From NCBI RefSeq assembly GCF_036971445.1, contig NC_091481.1:13950001-14014000 (forward strand): DNA of 64,000 nt, in the 5' to 3' direction. Each line of letters begins with the position of its first letter. Within the stretch, counting starts at the first letter, position 1. Below, piece after piece: positions 39,301-51,300 of this stretch. Position numbers and translations under genes: made by a program. Source of the stretch: Narcine bancroftii (Eukaryota). The notes below the pieces were generated by a model. That model searched no databases, had not been told where the DNA came from, and saw only the letters and a program-made list of their open reading frames with translations.

Positions 39301-42300
39301 TTATTTCTGCTACAGTTAGGTCAGCTTCTCTGCATTCCAGTCTGCCTGGCTTCCAGGATCATCCTTGTAAATCTTCTTTCCACTCTCTCCAGTCTTCTAC
39401 ATTCTGTCTATGATGTGGAGACCAGAACTGTACACAACACTGCAAGTGTGGTCTAACTCAGGTCTGTTACTGGTTTTCTCTAACTTCTAGACTTGTCCCT
39501 TCTTTCTCTTTGGAAATAAAAGCATAGGAAATGATAGCATCCAGTCCCTCAGGTCTGGTCTGCATTCATTAAAGTCAGATTTCAGATTTATTGTCAAAGT
39601 AGCATACATGACATCACATATATCCCTGAGATTCTTTTTCCTGTGGGCAAGGCAGAATTGCCACTTATTTGTAGTGCAACAAAACTGTATTCAACTCCCA
39701 CATGTAAACAAATAAAGAAGTGCGAACAAACTGTGCAATACAGAGAGAAAATAAATCAATAACATGCAATAGTAAGAGGCCTTAAATGAGTCCCTGATTG
39801 AGTTTGTTGTTGAAGAATCTGATGGTGGAGGGGTAGCAACTGTTTCTGAACTTCATGGTGTAAGTCTTGTGGCACCTATACCTCTTCACTGATGGTAGTA
39901 GCGAGACAGAGCGTGTGCTGGGTGCGTGGATGCGGTGGTAGCATTCCCTGTGGATGTTCTCAATGCTGGGGAGTGGTTTACCTGTGACATCCTAGCTGTG
40001 TCCATGACTTTTTGCAGGGCTTTAGCTCAGGGGTATTGGTGTCCCCATACCTGACTGTGATGCAGCTGGTCAGCACACTTTCAACCACACATCTGTAAAA
40101 ATATTTGTCGGGGTTTGCAATGTCATATCAAACCTCTACAAACTCTTGAGGAAGTAGCGGTGCTAATATGCTTTCTTCACAATGTTGTGACTGATGTTCC
40201 ACCTCATTTGCATTTCCCTGCCCTGCCCCAACGCTTGATTTCCATAACGCAATTGAATGTTGGCTTTCAACAGTGATTTCACAAGTACACCCAGTCCCCT
40301 CTGAACATCAGCATGAAGCAGTCCCTCACTGAACAAAAGACTGCATCTTTTTTGTGCACCAGAGTGGATAAGTTCACTTTTTGCCATCAGGTGTATTCTA
40401 TCTGTCATGTTCCCTCCAATTCACTAAGCTGGTATGTAACACCCTGCAGCTTCTTTACATCCTTTTCCCCACTCACAATTCCACCTATCAACAGCAAACT
40501 TGAATCGCCTGAACCAGCTCATTGATGTATATCATCGTAAAAGGGGTCAAGCTTTGTCCCTGGACTACCCATTGGCCTTAGCCTATAAGCCTGAGAAAGA
40601 TTTGCTTATTTCAGTTCTTTGTTCAATAACAACTTATCAGTCCATGTCAGTATGTTGGCGCCACTGCCTGTGCTTCAATATTATTGACCATAGAACATTA
40701 CAGTACAGAAATAGACTGAAACCTCTCTGAAAATCGAAATGCACCACGTCCACCTTATCTATTTTATTGGTTACATCCATGACGAACTACATCAGGTTAC
40801 TGAATAAGCCAATGAAATTAAAACTACCAGATATAACATAGTAGGTAGCCTTCTCTCAGTTTTGAGTGAACCTACATCTCTCATTTGGGGCATGAGCCCA
40901 TGAACCAGGCTCACTCTCCCAGTGCAGATTTTAGAGAGCCATGGACTTTGAAGGGCAGACTGCACGATCAGAGGTGGCATTTTTCAGATGAAGCATTAAT
41001 CCAGATTCTGCCTTTCCTTTCAGGCCGGGATGTCAGGGAACCTGTACCCCACAACCAATTAGCTGTTCTTGTCCCTTCTCTCACTGTCTCATGCTCTGAA
41101 CATTCTGCTTCATTCCTAGATCCTTGTTCTAGCAATCCATGCAAGAATGGAGGTGTCTGCCAACCTCTCACCTCTGACTCCAGGATGCAGCCTTCAGGAT
41201 TTGCATGTAACTGCCCAGCAACATCCACGGGGCACTTGTGTGAAGACCGTTTGGTCCAGGTAATGACATTGTTGAAGGCCTGAAAATATTGATCTTTATA
41301 GAAAACACAGCTCAAACAAACAATCAGTGCAATAAGAATATTGGAAATAGACATGGGTCCATCAAAGTCAAGCCATCTCTAATGAGGTTCATCCCTCAAA
41401 CATTCGCAATGTGGCCCACATTTCCTTTCAATAATCTTATATGACTCCTTTTTCCTCCCTGTTTCTCCATCAAACTCTGTCCTTCTAGGCCCTAACTCTC
41501 CAAGCCCATCCTTCTACCACATCCAGGGTAAAACGGAGAGAGTCTGTACTCACTGGTCTATTCCAGATATATCTGTGCATTAGTATGGGGAGATTTTTGT
41601 GACTATTTGGCAGATAACAATTTAATAATATTCTGTTGGCTCTGTAGGTTTGCACACTGCCTCGGGTTAAAGGCCGTTGCACTGGTGGATACGATGCTCC
41701 CAGAAGATGCTGGTTTTACAGCAGTTTCTCTGGTCTGTGTGAAGAATTTAATTACAGCGGCTGCGGAGGCAACAAGAACAACTTTGAAACACATGAGGAA
41801 TGCAAGAAGAGGTGCGAGGTTGGAGCTTGCTGTTTCCGGCAACCTAAGTTGTCCAGTGTTCTAATTGGCTATGACCAAGAAGGCTATGATCGCTATGGGT
41901 ACAATATCTCTGGTTTGAACCGAAATGGTAGGCAGGTGGTGGCATTTAACCCAGTACGTTCTGGGCCGGCATTATTTGGGCAACTCTTCAGTGGCTTGAG
42001 TGATGGACGAGAATTTGATAAATATGGGTTTGACAAACAAGGATATGACCGGGATGGGTTCCACAAGGACACTGGGTTTAACCTCACAGGCCACAACAAG
42101 AAAGGAGAACACGACTCGAGAGCAGAGTTTGATGCAGCAGGATTTGATGCATATGGCTACAACCGAGCCCAGTTTGACTGTGCTGGGATTAACCGTGAGG
42201 GCTTCAACTATCTTGGATTCTCTGCGAGCTACATCTATCATTGTGAATATCTGACAAATTCTCATTGCCAGGCTATCAACAGAGTTGACCCAAGAAGAGA

Positions 42301-45300
42301 GGTGGTCAGCTTCAGGCCAGGCCAAAGGTGTGAGGACGTCCAGTGTGGTCAGAACTGTGGCTGTACCTTCCACAGTCGCTCCTACCGTTTTGGAGAGTCC
42401 TTCAAGTATGGCTGTGAGATCTGCTTGTGCAGCTATACAGGGGTGATTGAGTGCAACTGTCAGCATGTTAGTCAACGCAAGGAGATCCGGGACATGATGG
42501 CTGAGGAAATGATGGTTTACCAGGCAGCAATTCGGGATCTCTACTTTAAACAGGGTAAAGTCCAATTTTTTCTCCACATGTTACTCGCATATATGAAAAT
42601 ATATTTTTCATTATTTCATAAAGCATAGGTATCCATAATTGACCCCAACAGTTCTTGAATCATTGCTTTCTGTCTGGTGAAGGTGCTGCCTGGATGTTAT
42701 ATGCAATGATAATGCTTCCAAGTCAAGGTGGTGGGTGTGAAGTGGAGCTGGTCTTCCTATATGTTTGTTTTGGTCTTTTAAAGTGGCAGAGATCACAGAA
42801 TTGCAAGGTTCTAACAAAGAAACTATGGTAGTAGTGTATCTTGCAGCCAGGACACCCAACAACCACACCGATTGAAGGTGCAGTGGATGACATGCAAATC
42901 AACTGGGTTGTTATGCTCTGGTTGGCATTGAATCATTGAGTGATATTGAAGCTGAGCTCATCCAGGAAAATTCCTAGCAGAAAACACGATGTGATTGTAG
43001 TAAAAACATAAAACTGTTGGAGGAACTCAGCAGGTCTTGCAGTATCCACAGGAAGTAAAGATATATCCCAAAGTTTTGGGTCTGAGCTCTTCACCAAAGT
43101 AGTGATGAAGGTCTCAGGCCCGAAATGTTGGTTATATATCTTTACCTCCTATGGACGCTGCAATACCTGCTGAGTTCCTCCAGCAGTTTTAAGTATTCCC
43201 TAACAGTCCTGACATAACTTTGGTTGGTACGAGCATGAGAATTTATTATCATATATTCTTGCCACCACACACATGAAAGAACAACAACCGTATGCATTAT
43301 ATTACCATGACATGCCATGAAACAGAAAGAGATAATAAATACAAAAACATTAGATAAATATTCACAGTTGCAGCTAATGCAAAAGAAAAAGATGTTTCAA
43401 TTATACAGACAGATCTTTCGGTGATCCCACAGTAGCTTCAGAGTAGTTCTGGTTAAGGATCATATGGGCATGTTCAAGGACCCAAAATTGGGGGAAAAAA
43501 GGCTGGACTTTAGGGAAAAAAAACTATTGGGGAAAAATTTTTCTTGTACCTGGGTGTGCTGTGTTCAGGTGAGCCTGGTGGAAAATTAGTGGAAATCCTT
43601 TGGGAAATGCACATGTGCATGTGATTCTGTATGTTTACGAGTGTAACGGTGTGTTCAATCAGAATCAGGATTTATTGTCATGAACAAGTCATAAAATTTG
43701 GTGTTTTGCAGCAGTAATGTCTTATGACATTACTATATAAAAAAAATTTAAAATAATAGTACACAAAAAGTAAGGCAGTGTCTTAGGTTCATTGATTATT
43801 CAGGAATCTGATGGCAGCGGGGAAGAAGCTGTCCTTGTGCCGCTGAGTGCTCGTCTTTAGGCTACTGTACCTTTTCCCTGATGGTAGCAGAGTGAAGAAA
43901 GCATAGTCTGAGTGGAAGGGGTCTTTGAGGATAGAGGCTGCTTTTCTAAGACACCGCCTCATGTATATGTCTTTAATGGAGTGAGGACTGATGCATGTGA
44001 TGTCACAGGCCGAGTTAATAACCTTCTGGAATTCTTGTCCTGAGTGTTGGTGCCTCCATACCAAGCAGCGATGCAACCAGCCAGAATGCTCTCCACACTA
44101 CACCTGTAGAAGTTTATGAGAGTCTTTGGTAAAATACCGAACCATCTCAGACATCTCACAAAGTATAACCACTGCCAAGCCTTCTTTGTGATTGCATCAA
44201 CATGGAGGCTCCAGAACAGATCCTCAGAGATGTTGACACCTGGGAATTTGAAGTTCTTGGCTCCCTCCACTACTGAGCCCTCAATGAGGACTGGGCCGTG
44301 TTCCCCTGACTTCCTCCTGAAGTCCACAATAATCTCCTTGGTTTTGCTGATGTTGAGCATACGGTTGTTATCATTACACCGTTCAACGAGCTGATCTATC
44401 TCCCTCCTGTACACTTCATCATTGCCATTTGTGATTCTGCCAACAACTGTGGTGTCATTGGCAAACTTGTAGAGAGCATTGGAATTGTGCCCAGCCACAC
44501 AATAATGGGTGTATAGTGAGTAGAGCAGGGGCTAAACATGCATCCTTATGGTGCACCTGTGTTGATGATCAGTGAGGAGGAGCTGTTGTTTCCAATTTGT
44601 ACTGATTGTGGTCTTCCAATTAGAAAGTTGCAGAGTGGGGTTCAGAGGCCTTGAGTTTATAGCTCTTGACTAACACTGAGGGAATAATGGTATTGAAAGC
44701 CGAGCTGTAGGGAGTGCCAATGTAACCGTATCAGATTCCTGGTGCTTTGAACCTAATATGGATGTATAATTACAACTATAGGTGTGCACATGTGTGCATA
44801 GTGCCCTATTTCACATGAGCTGTTTAATCAAGGCTGCATCCTCTCAGTACCACGTAAAACATTGCGTGACATTGTGGGGTAACATTTACCTCTCAACTGG
44901 TATCATTTACACATGCTTTTTCATATAACCACCATGTGCCTCAGAAACAGGTTTAATCCGTTTAACCAATAAGGCAGTTCCCCCTCTTTTCCCCTCACCC
45001 TATCCCAAATTGCTTTATATTCTCTAGGTGACTGGCCAACAGGTTCTCTGACATTGAATCCAACAGGAATTCACAGAAGTAGCAAAAGTCTGAAGCCCCA
45101 TGTTACTGCAGTGCCACAGATAGAAAATATCAAGGTTATCTGATATTCCTTCACCTGTTTATTTTGTTCAATTGTGAGAGAATCAAGTAATCTTTCATTA
45201 GTTTGTTGTTTTGTGGAATTTTATAGTTGGAGTTTTCTTTTAAAAATCTATGCTTCTTTGGTTGCAAAAGGCTTTGAGGTGCCATGAGAAAATAAAGGCA

Positions 45301-48300
45301 AAAAGCAAAATTCTTAATGTTTCACTATGTCTCAACAGGTACCTGGGAGGAGTTTGCCAAGTTAAAAGCAGAGTACTTGCCACAAGCCAATGGACTGTCC
45401 ACCTTTCTCCCCTGGCATCGTTACTTCCTCCGAATGGTGGAACGAGAACTGCAGAAGATATCATGTGACATCACCATCCCATATTTTGAATGGACCATAG
45501 ATGCAGGTTCGATGGAAAGTTCTACCGCATGGCAAGGAAACTTTTTTGGGGCAAACGGAGACCCTGAGACAGACTGCGTCTCCTATCACCCTTTCCAGCA
45601 AGACAGTGAATGGGTTCCTTGCCTTCGTCGACGCTTCAACTCTTCCATCAATCTTCCAGATGCAATCAACATTCAATTGATATTAGCAGAGCAAGACTTT
45701 GACCAATTCTCCACTCAAATGGAAACCATCTCAGGGCTCTTCCATCTCTGGATCGGAGGTCATATGGCCTCTCCTTTTAGTCCGTATGATCCAGTTTTCC
45801 TGTCTCATTATGCATTTATAGATAAACTTTGGAGTCAGTGGCAGGACCGCAGCCCAAGTGGCCTGCCCCGTTACCCATCTGAACTCCGATTTGTGAAGAT
45901 GAGGCCATTTGACATTGCCCCAGATGATCTCTTGTTATCTCAGCAACAGCTTTGCACAGTGTATGTTCCAGTCACACTCGGTGCTCCTTGCAACTATACA
46001 AATTCCAATTCCTTGCATCGTGACCAGAAAGGCTACAACAGGAAAGATTTTGATCAAAACGTACATCCAGATACACAAAGAAGTTACGATATCCGTGGGT
46101 ATGACCGACAGGGTTACGATCGTAGCGGCTTTGACCAGAGCGGTTGGAATCATAATGGTTATGGCAGAGACCATTTTAACAGGGATGGTTTTGACATTGA
46201 AGGATTTGATGTTTCAGGGTACGATCGTTATGGTTTCAATCGATCTCTGGTCACGCCATTTGGAATGTGGAAAGATGAGACCTATCAGCCTTATGTTAAG
46301 GTAGAAGTTATCGAGTCACTCTTTGATGGTGGCTATAACACTTATGGATATAACAAGTTTGGCTTGGATAAGAATGGGTTTGATGTGTTTGGTTTTGATG
46401 AGAATGGATATGACAAAGACAATTGCAATTATTTCTTCAAAGGCCCTCATCACATGAGATTCTATTTCTTTGTCCAGCAGCAGCTCTACATGGCAAGCCC
46501 TGATCTGCTGCTTAATATTAAACGTATCTGCCCCCCAGTAACCCCACTCCCAGATTGGTGGCTTGTACAGAACTGGATGATCACCAATGTGCACATCATC
46601 CGGCACATTGAAGACAAGTGGGCTTCTCATCATCCTTTTGACAGCGGATATATCCCCCACATTTCTTCAGTGAAAGGCAATGGCCTTTGGCTTCCTGTGA
46701 CCCCCAACATCAGGTAGGTACAGAATCATTGAAGTGTTTGATTGCAGTTCCATTACCTTTAATGAAGGTGGGTATGATCGTCTTTGTTCCAAGGTATTTC
46801 ACCACTTGTCCCCAACTGGTAGAATCCATCATGCTCTATTCACAGTCAATCTATTAATTCAGTTCTATTAAATATCCTTTGTGTTTTGCTGCATCAGTGG
46901 GAACAGTTTTTACAATTTGCATCTCTCCTCAAGACTAGAATTTCCCTTCTCAGGAATTACGCTGGTGAATCCATGTCTATGCACTTGGATTTAATATCCT
47001 TTACTCTATAGAGTGATGATCTGAACTGCACAGAGTTTCTAAGATGACCTCAACATAACTGTCAATAAATTAATTAATCTTCTTTACTCTATAATTAACC
47101 ATGGGATGGTGTTTCTACTTCAGAGTGTAATCACTTGTCTAGGCACAAATCGTGCCCAAAGTTGCATTTGCATTGAAAAGCAATTTTAATTCCTGTCATG
47201 TTTTTGTTTTCAATTTGCCAAATACTAACTCTGTGATGCATTCGTGCAATTAGAAAGCATGTTAGAATTTAATGGATTAATTTAAAAAATATCCTTGATA
47301 CACTTTTTTAATTAGATGTAATCAATATTCAAACTGTTACTTCACATTGGGGTAATCTGATTTGACAGAAAATTTTTAAAAAACTAAGTCAAACTATTTA
47401 TGAATTAAATTTTGATAATGTTGTGAAAAACAAGCTTTTTAGTCTCATGCTCAAAAGAATCAACTTATTTTTAAAATGCTTAGATGTCCTGCAAAATATT
47501 CACAATTGATAGAACTTCACAATGACGATTTTCTCTAGACTAGGGCAAGATTTGTGCCTGGGCCAGGACTGCGGGACAGTGTTTGTTAAACTGAAGTGAA
47601 AGGTTGCAGAAATTTGGTTTGCCCTGAACGTAGTTGTACTTTTAAAATATTTGGCAATGTCTACATTGATTGTGAATGAATAGTGCAAATCTTGCAGAAA
47701 TATATATTTAAAAATGCTGTTTGATTTTTATGGTTATGAAATGGCCTGTTTGCCCTTCAGTTCTGCACTTGCCAATTTACAATGCCTCCCAGATAAACTG
47801 CATTTTGATTTGAAAATTCTCCGCTGTGTTTTCCAATTCCCTCATGGCCTTATCTTAATCTCACCCAACCCTTTAAGATCTTGTGGTTATCTAGCTTCAA
47901 ATATCCCCAACTTTGATTAGTCCATTGGAAGCCATTTCTTTCCTGTCCAACCTCAATCTTTGAAATCTTTCTGTAAATTACCTCAGTAAATATATTTTCA
48001 CCCTATTATGATTGTTAAATATGCTTCATTAACGTATGTTTTCATTGTTGTCATTTTAGCTCCCAGCACTTGAACTGTTAGAATCTTTTGTTTAGAATCA
48101 GGGTGGCATGGATTTGTATAGCATGGAATGGACCCTTCAACTCAATGTGCCCATATCAACCATGAATTCCATCTGCCTGCATGAAGTCCAGATTTCTATC
48201 AAATGCCTTTAAAATCCTGCAATTGTACATGCCTCTACCACTCCTCTGCAGCTTCTTCCATATAACCACCACCCTCAGTGAGGGGGGGGGGGGGAAGCCC

Positions 48301-51300
48301 TCCCTTCTCTCACCTGAAACTTGGTTTAAGAATCCCCCACCTGAAGAAAAGAGGGCACCGTTCATGCAGTGGTCAGTGCAATGCTGTTACAGCATCAGTG
48401 ACCCGGGTTCAAATCCTGTGCTGTCTGAAAGGAGTTTTGCACATTTTCCCTGTGACTGTGTAAGTTTCCTCCAGGTGCTCCGGTTTCCTTCCACGGGTTT
48501 TGTAAATTATTTGCTGTATTTGGGAGGAATGGACTCCTGGGCCGCAAGGGCTGTTGCTATGCTGTATACCTAAATTCAAAATTTAGATAGAGACCATTTA
48601 TCCTATATATGCCCCTCATAATTTTATGTGTCACCCCTCGGTCTCTGATATTTAATTCCATGGCTCTCAACATCTGTACACTTGGTGATACCAAGAGCCT
48701 TTTCATGGTTGGTTGTCTTTTCACATGCCTCTTTTTTCTTGCCTTGTAGGTTTTGCTTTGAGCTACACTGGTATTCAGGCTGCCCACTCGGGACTCAGCC
48801 AGTCAGATGCCCTGACCTGTGCCAGCACTCCAAGTGCCTGGGATTCCCAAACATGGAGTGCCGAGTCCATCGCTGTGGCACCTGCTTCAGCGAGTGGTAC
48901 AACGGAACCACAGGCCGCCACGTCATGTGTCAGGGTTGGTTACCAGCATTCCCCAGTCCATCCGTTCACTTGGTGTGATTGCAGGGTTTTCAGTTGGGGC
49001 TGAGGGAGATGGGGGAAGTGTGGTTCTTAAAGGGGGTTGTCTTGGGTCTTGTGGGAGGGAAGACAAGTTTGGAGTAAAACATAAAAGTCTGCAGATGTTG
49101 TGATTGTAGTAAAAACATAGAAAAGCTGGAGGAACTTATCAGGTCTCACAGTCCATAGGAGGTGTTACTGACATTTTGGGCCTGAGCCCTTCTTTTAGTT
49201 CTTTTTGAGCTACAGGGAAGGAGCAGATGGTTCTTCCACATGAACTTTGCCTTTTGGCAAAGCGAGACTGTCCCACTGCCCAGAACACTTTCTCCAATCT
49301 CGTTGCTCCTCTTAATTCTATGTAATCTGTTCTCTCTCTCTTTCTCATGCCCACTAACATTTCCTGATTTACCCACCTCCTGCCTTGTGGATGTGCATGG
49401 AAATTGCAACAATTGGGGTAACCCTTGTAGGCACAGGGAGAATATACAAGCCCCACATAGCAAGGGGAGGTGAGGGTCAAGCCTGTCATTAGATGTGAGG
49501 TAGCACTCCTTTGCTTTCTGTTAGGTCAGTGAGGTGAAGGGCCTGATTGCAGAGGTGGGGCTGGGGAAGGGGACTGGTCTGTGTTTAAACAAGGAGGCTG
49601 GACTGCAATGCAGAGAGGGGCTGTTTTGGGAGTGCAGAGGGTAGGGCTTTGTCAGGAGCGCGGGAGCAGTGTCAGACTTTGGAGAAAAGTACTGCATTGG
49701 GCTGTGGAGTTGGGAGGGCTTGTGGGGAGAGGAAGGGTTGAGTGGAGAGGAGCAGTCATGTCGGAGTGTGTAGATGATGTCTGCACAACACTTGATACAA
49801 ATGATGGGATTAGAGCATTCTTCACACCTGCCTTTCAAACTTCTTCACTGTTCTTTCTCAAGCCAGGGCTCGGTAATTGCCCCTGGATTTGGATCGCGGT
49901 TATCACAATATTCTGCTGCAATTGAATGTGGTGCATTTGGATTTTCAGAAATGTCCTACAATTGTATGACACTTTATAAATCCCTGAGGAACAGATCCAA
50001 CCCTAGAAATGGACAACCTGATGGTCTGTGCTAGTTATTGGGTCCAGACTCCAACAATGGCACATAAGGATGCATTAAAAAAATTGTGGGAAAGATATGA
50101 GCTGGTGATGATCCATTTCTGAGGGGAACAGTCATTCATGTTTGAACTGTTGTTTATTGTACATCCTGCCAATAACATGAAACTTTTCCTGCTTTCATTA
50201 CTGTTTTAAACCAGTCCATTAGTCTATTTTAATTTCTCTCTTCATTTAACTGTTGCTCTTGCAGCATGACCCTCCCATTATTTCCCATTATGCACGCTGC
50301 TGCATGTTTACTCATTCCCTTTACTCTGATTTTCTTCCTTTTAGGTTGTACAGTTGATAAGAACATGAGATAGACAGATTTTTCGAGCTGGCAGCTCTCT
50401 ACATGCCAGGGTGGTGAAGTGTATTGTTTGAAGTTGCACTGTCCAGATCCTAGGAGCTGCTAACATCCAAATGTTCTTCTTGTGGTGGTCTAGCCTGTTC
50501 CCCATCCATTGCTCCCTCAAGTTCATGCAGTGCAATCCCAACCATTTAAACATTCAAATGAGTATCAAAAGCAACAGGGGAAAAAAATGATAATATCTAA
50601 AATAAACCATCTTCTCTTCACCAGAAACTGTCTTCATAAACCTCACACTCTTTCAGCCATTTACCCTAAAACACCTCTCAACTCTGTACCACTGTAACCC
50701 TTTAATGGAATTACCAAGAATGGGAACTTGTGGATATTTCTCTTTTCTGCTACATATGTCTCTAGGCCCTCTTCCCTTTCTCTGCTTGACCTTGCTACCT
50801 GCCCCCTTCCCATCAGTCCAAGAGTATCTTGAGCCTGATCCATAACAAAGAAAACAGGAATGAATTGGGGGGTGAGCAATGGTGGTAGGATGTTTTGGGG
50901 TTACAAGGAGGGAGAATGGGAGAAGAGGAAAGGGGACCAGTGATCATGCAAGGCAAAGATAGCAAATGGAGAAAAAGGAAGAGGGGTACAATGAAAGGAA
51001 TTATCTAATGAGGTAAAGAGATGAGAGAAGATCATTTTGGGGGGGTGAGGACTGGATAATTAACTTCTGAATAAATTAAACATGGGCAATTAAAATTTAT
51101 AAGATTAAATTGAGTGTGGTCCTGATTGTTCAAAATGTTGAAAGCACTGAGATCAAGCCTTAGAGATCCTTATATTGACAAAGTACAGAGGTTAACACGG
51201 GGAGGGAGGATCAATTGGAATAACACACTAATGGAGCAAGGGGTCGGGATAATCTGTATATGTGTGCAGTTTATTGGAATAGTGTGGATGAGGGGGATCA

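Noticed and set aside
41972-42577. 201-aa minus-strand ORF
   Set aside because: Antisense shadow of cassette exon B.
45317-46717. Stand-alone tyr/tyrp1/dct gene, or bacterial contamination
   Set aside because: It lacks the vertebrate TYR Cys-rich N-terminus and transmembrane tail. It is bounded by splice sites, in phase with neighbouring exons and embedded in host repeats.
49920-49990. Possible acceptor ttttcag and extra exon
   Set aside because: Reads as a CR1 RT remnant (VVxLDFQK) with no VWC pattern.
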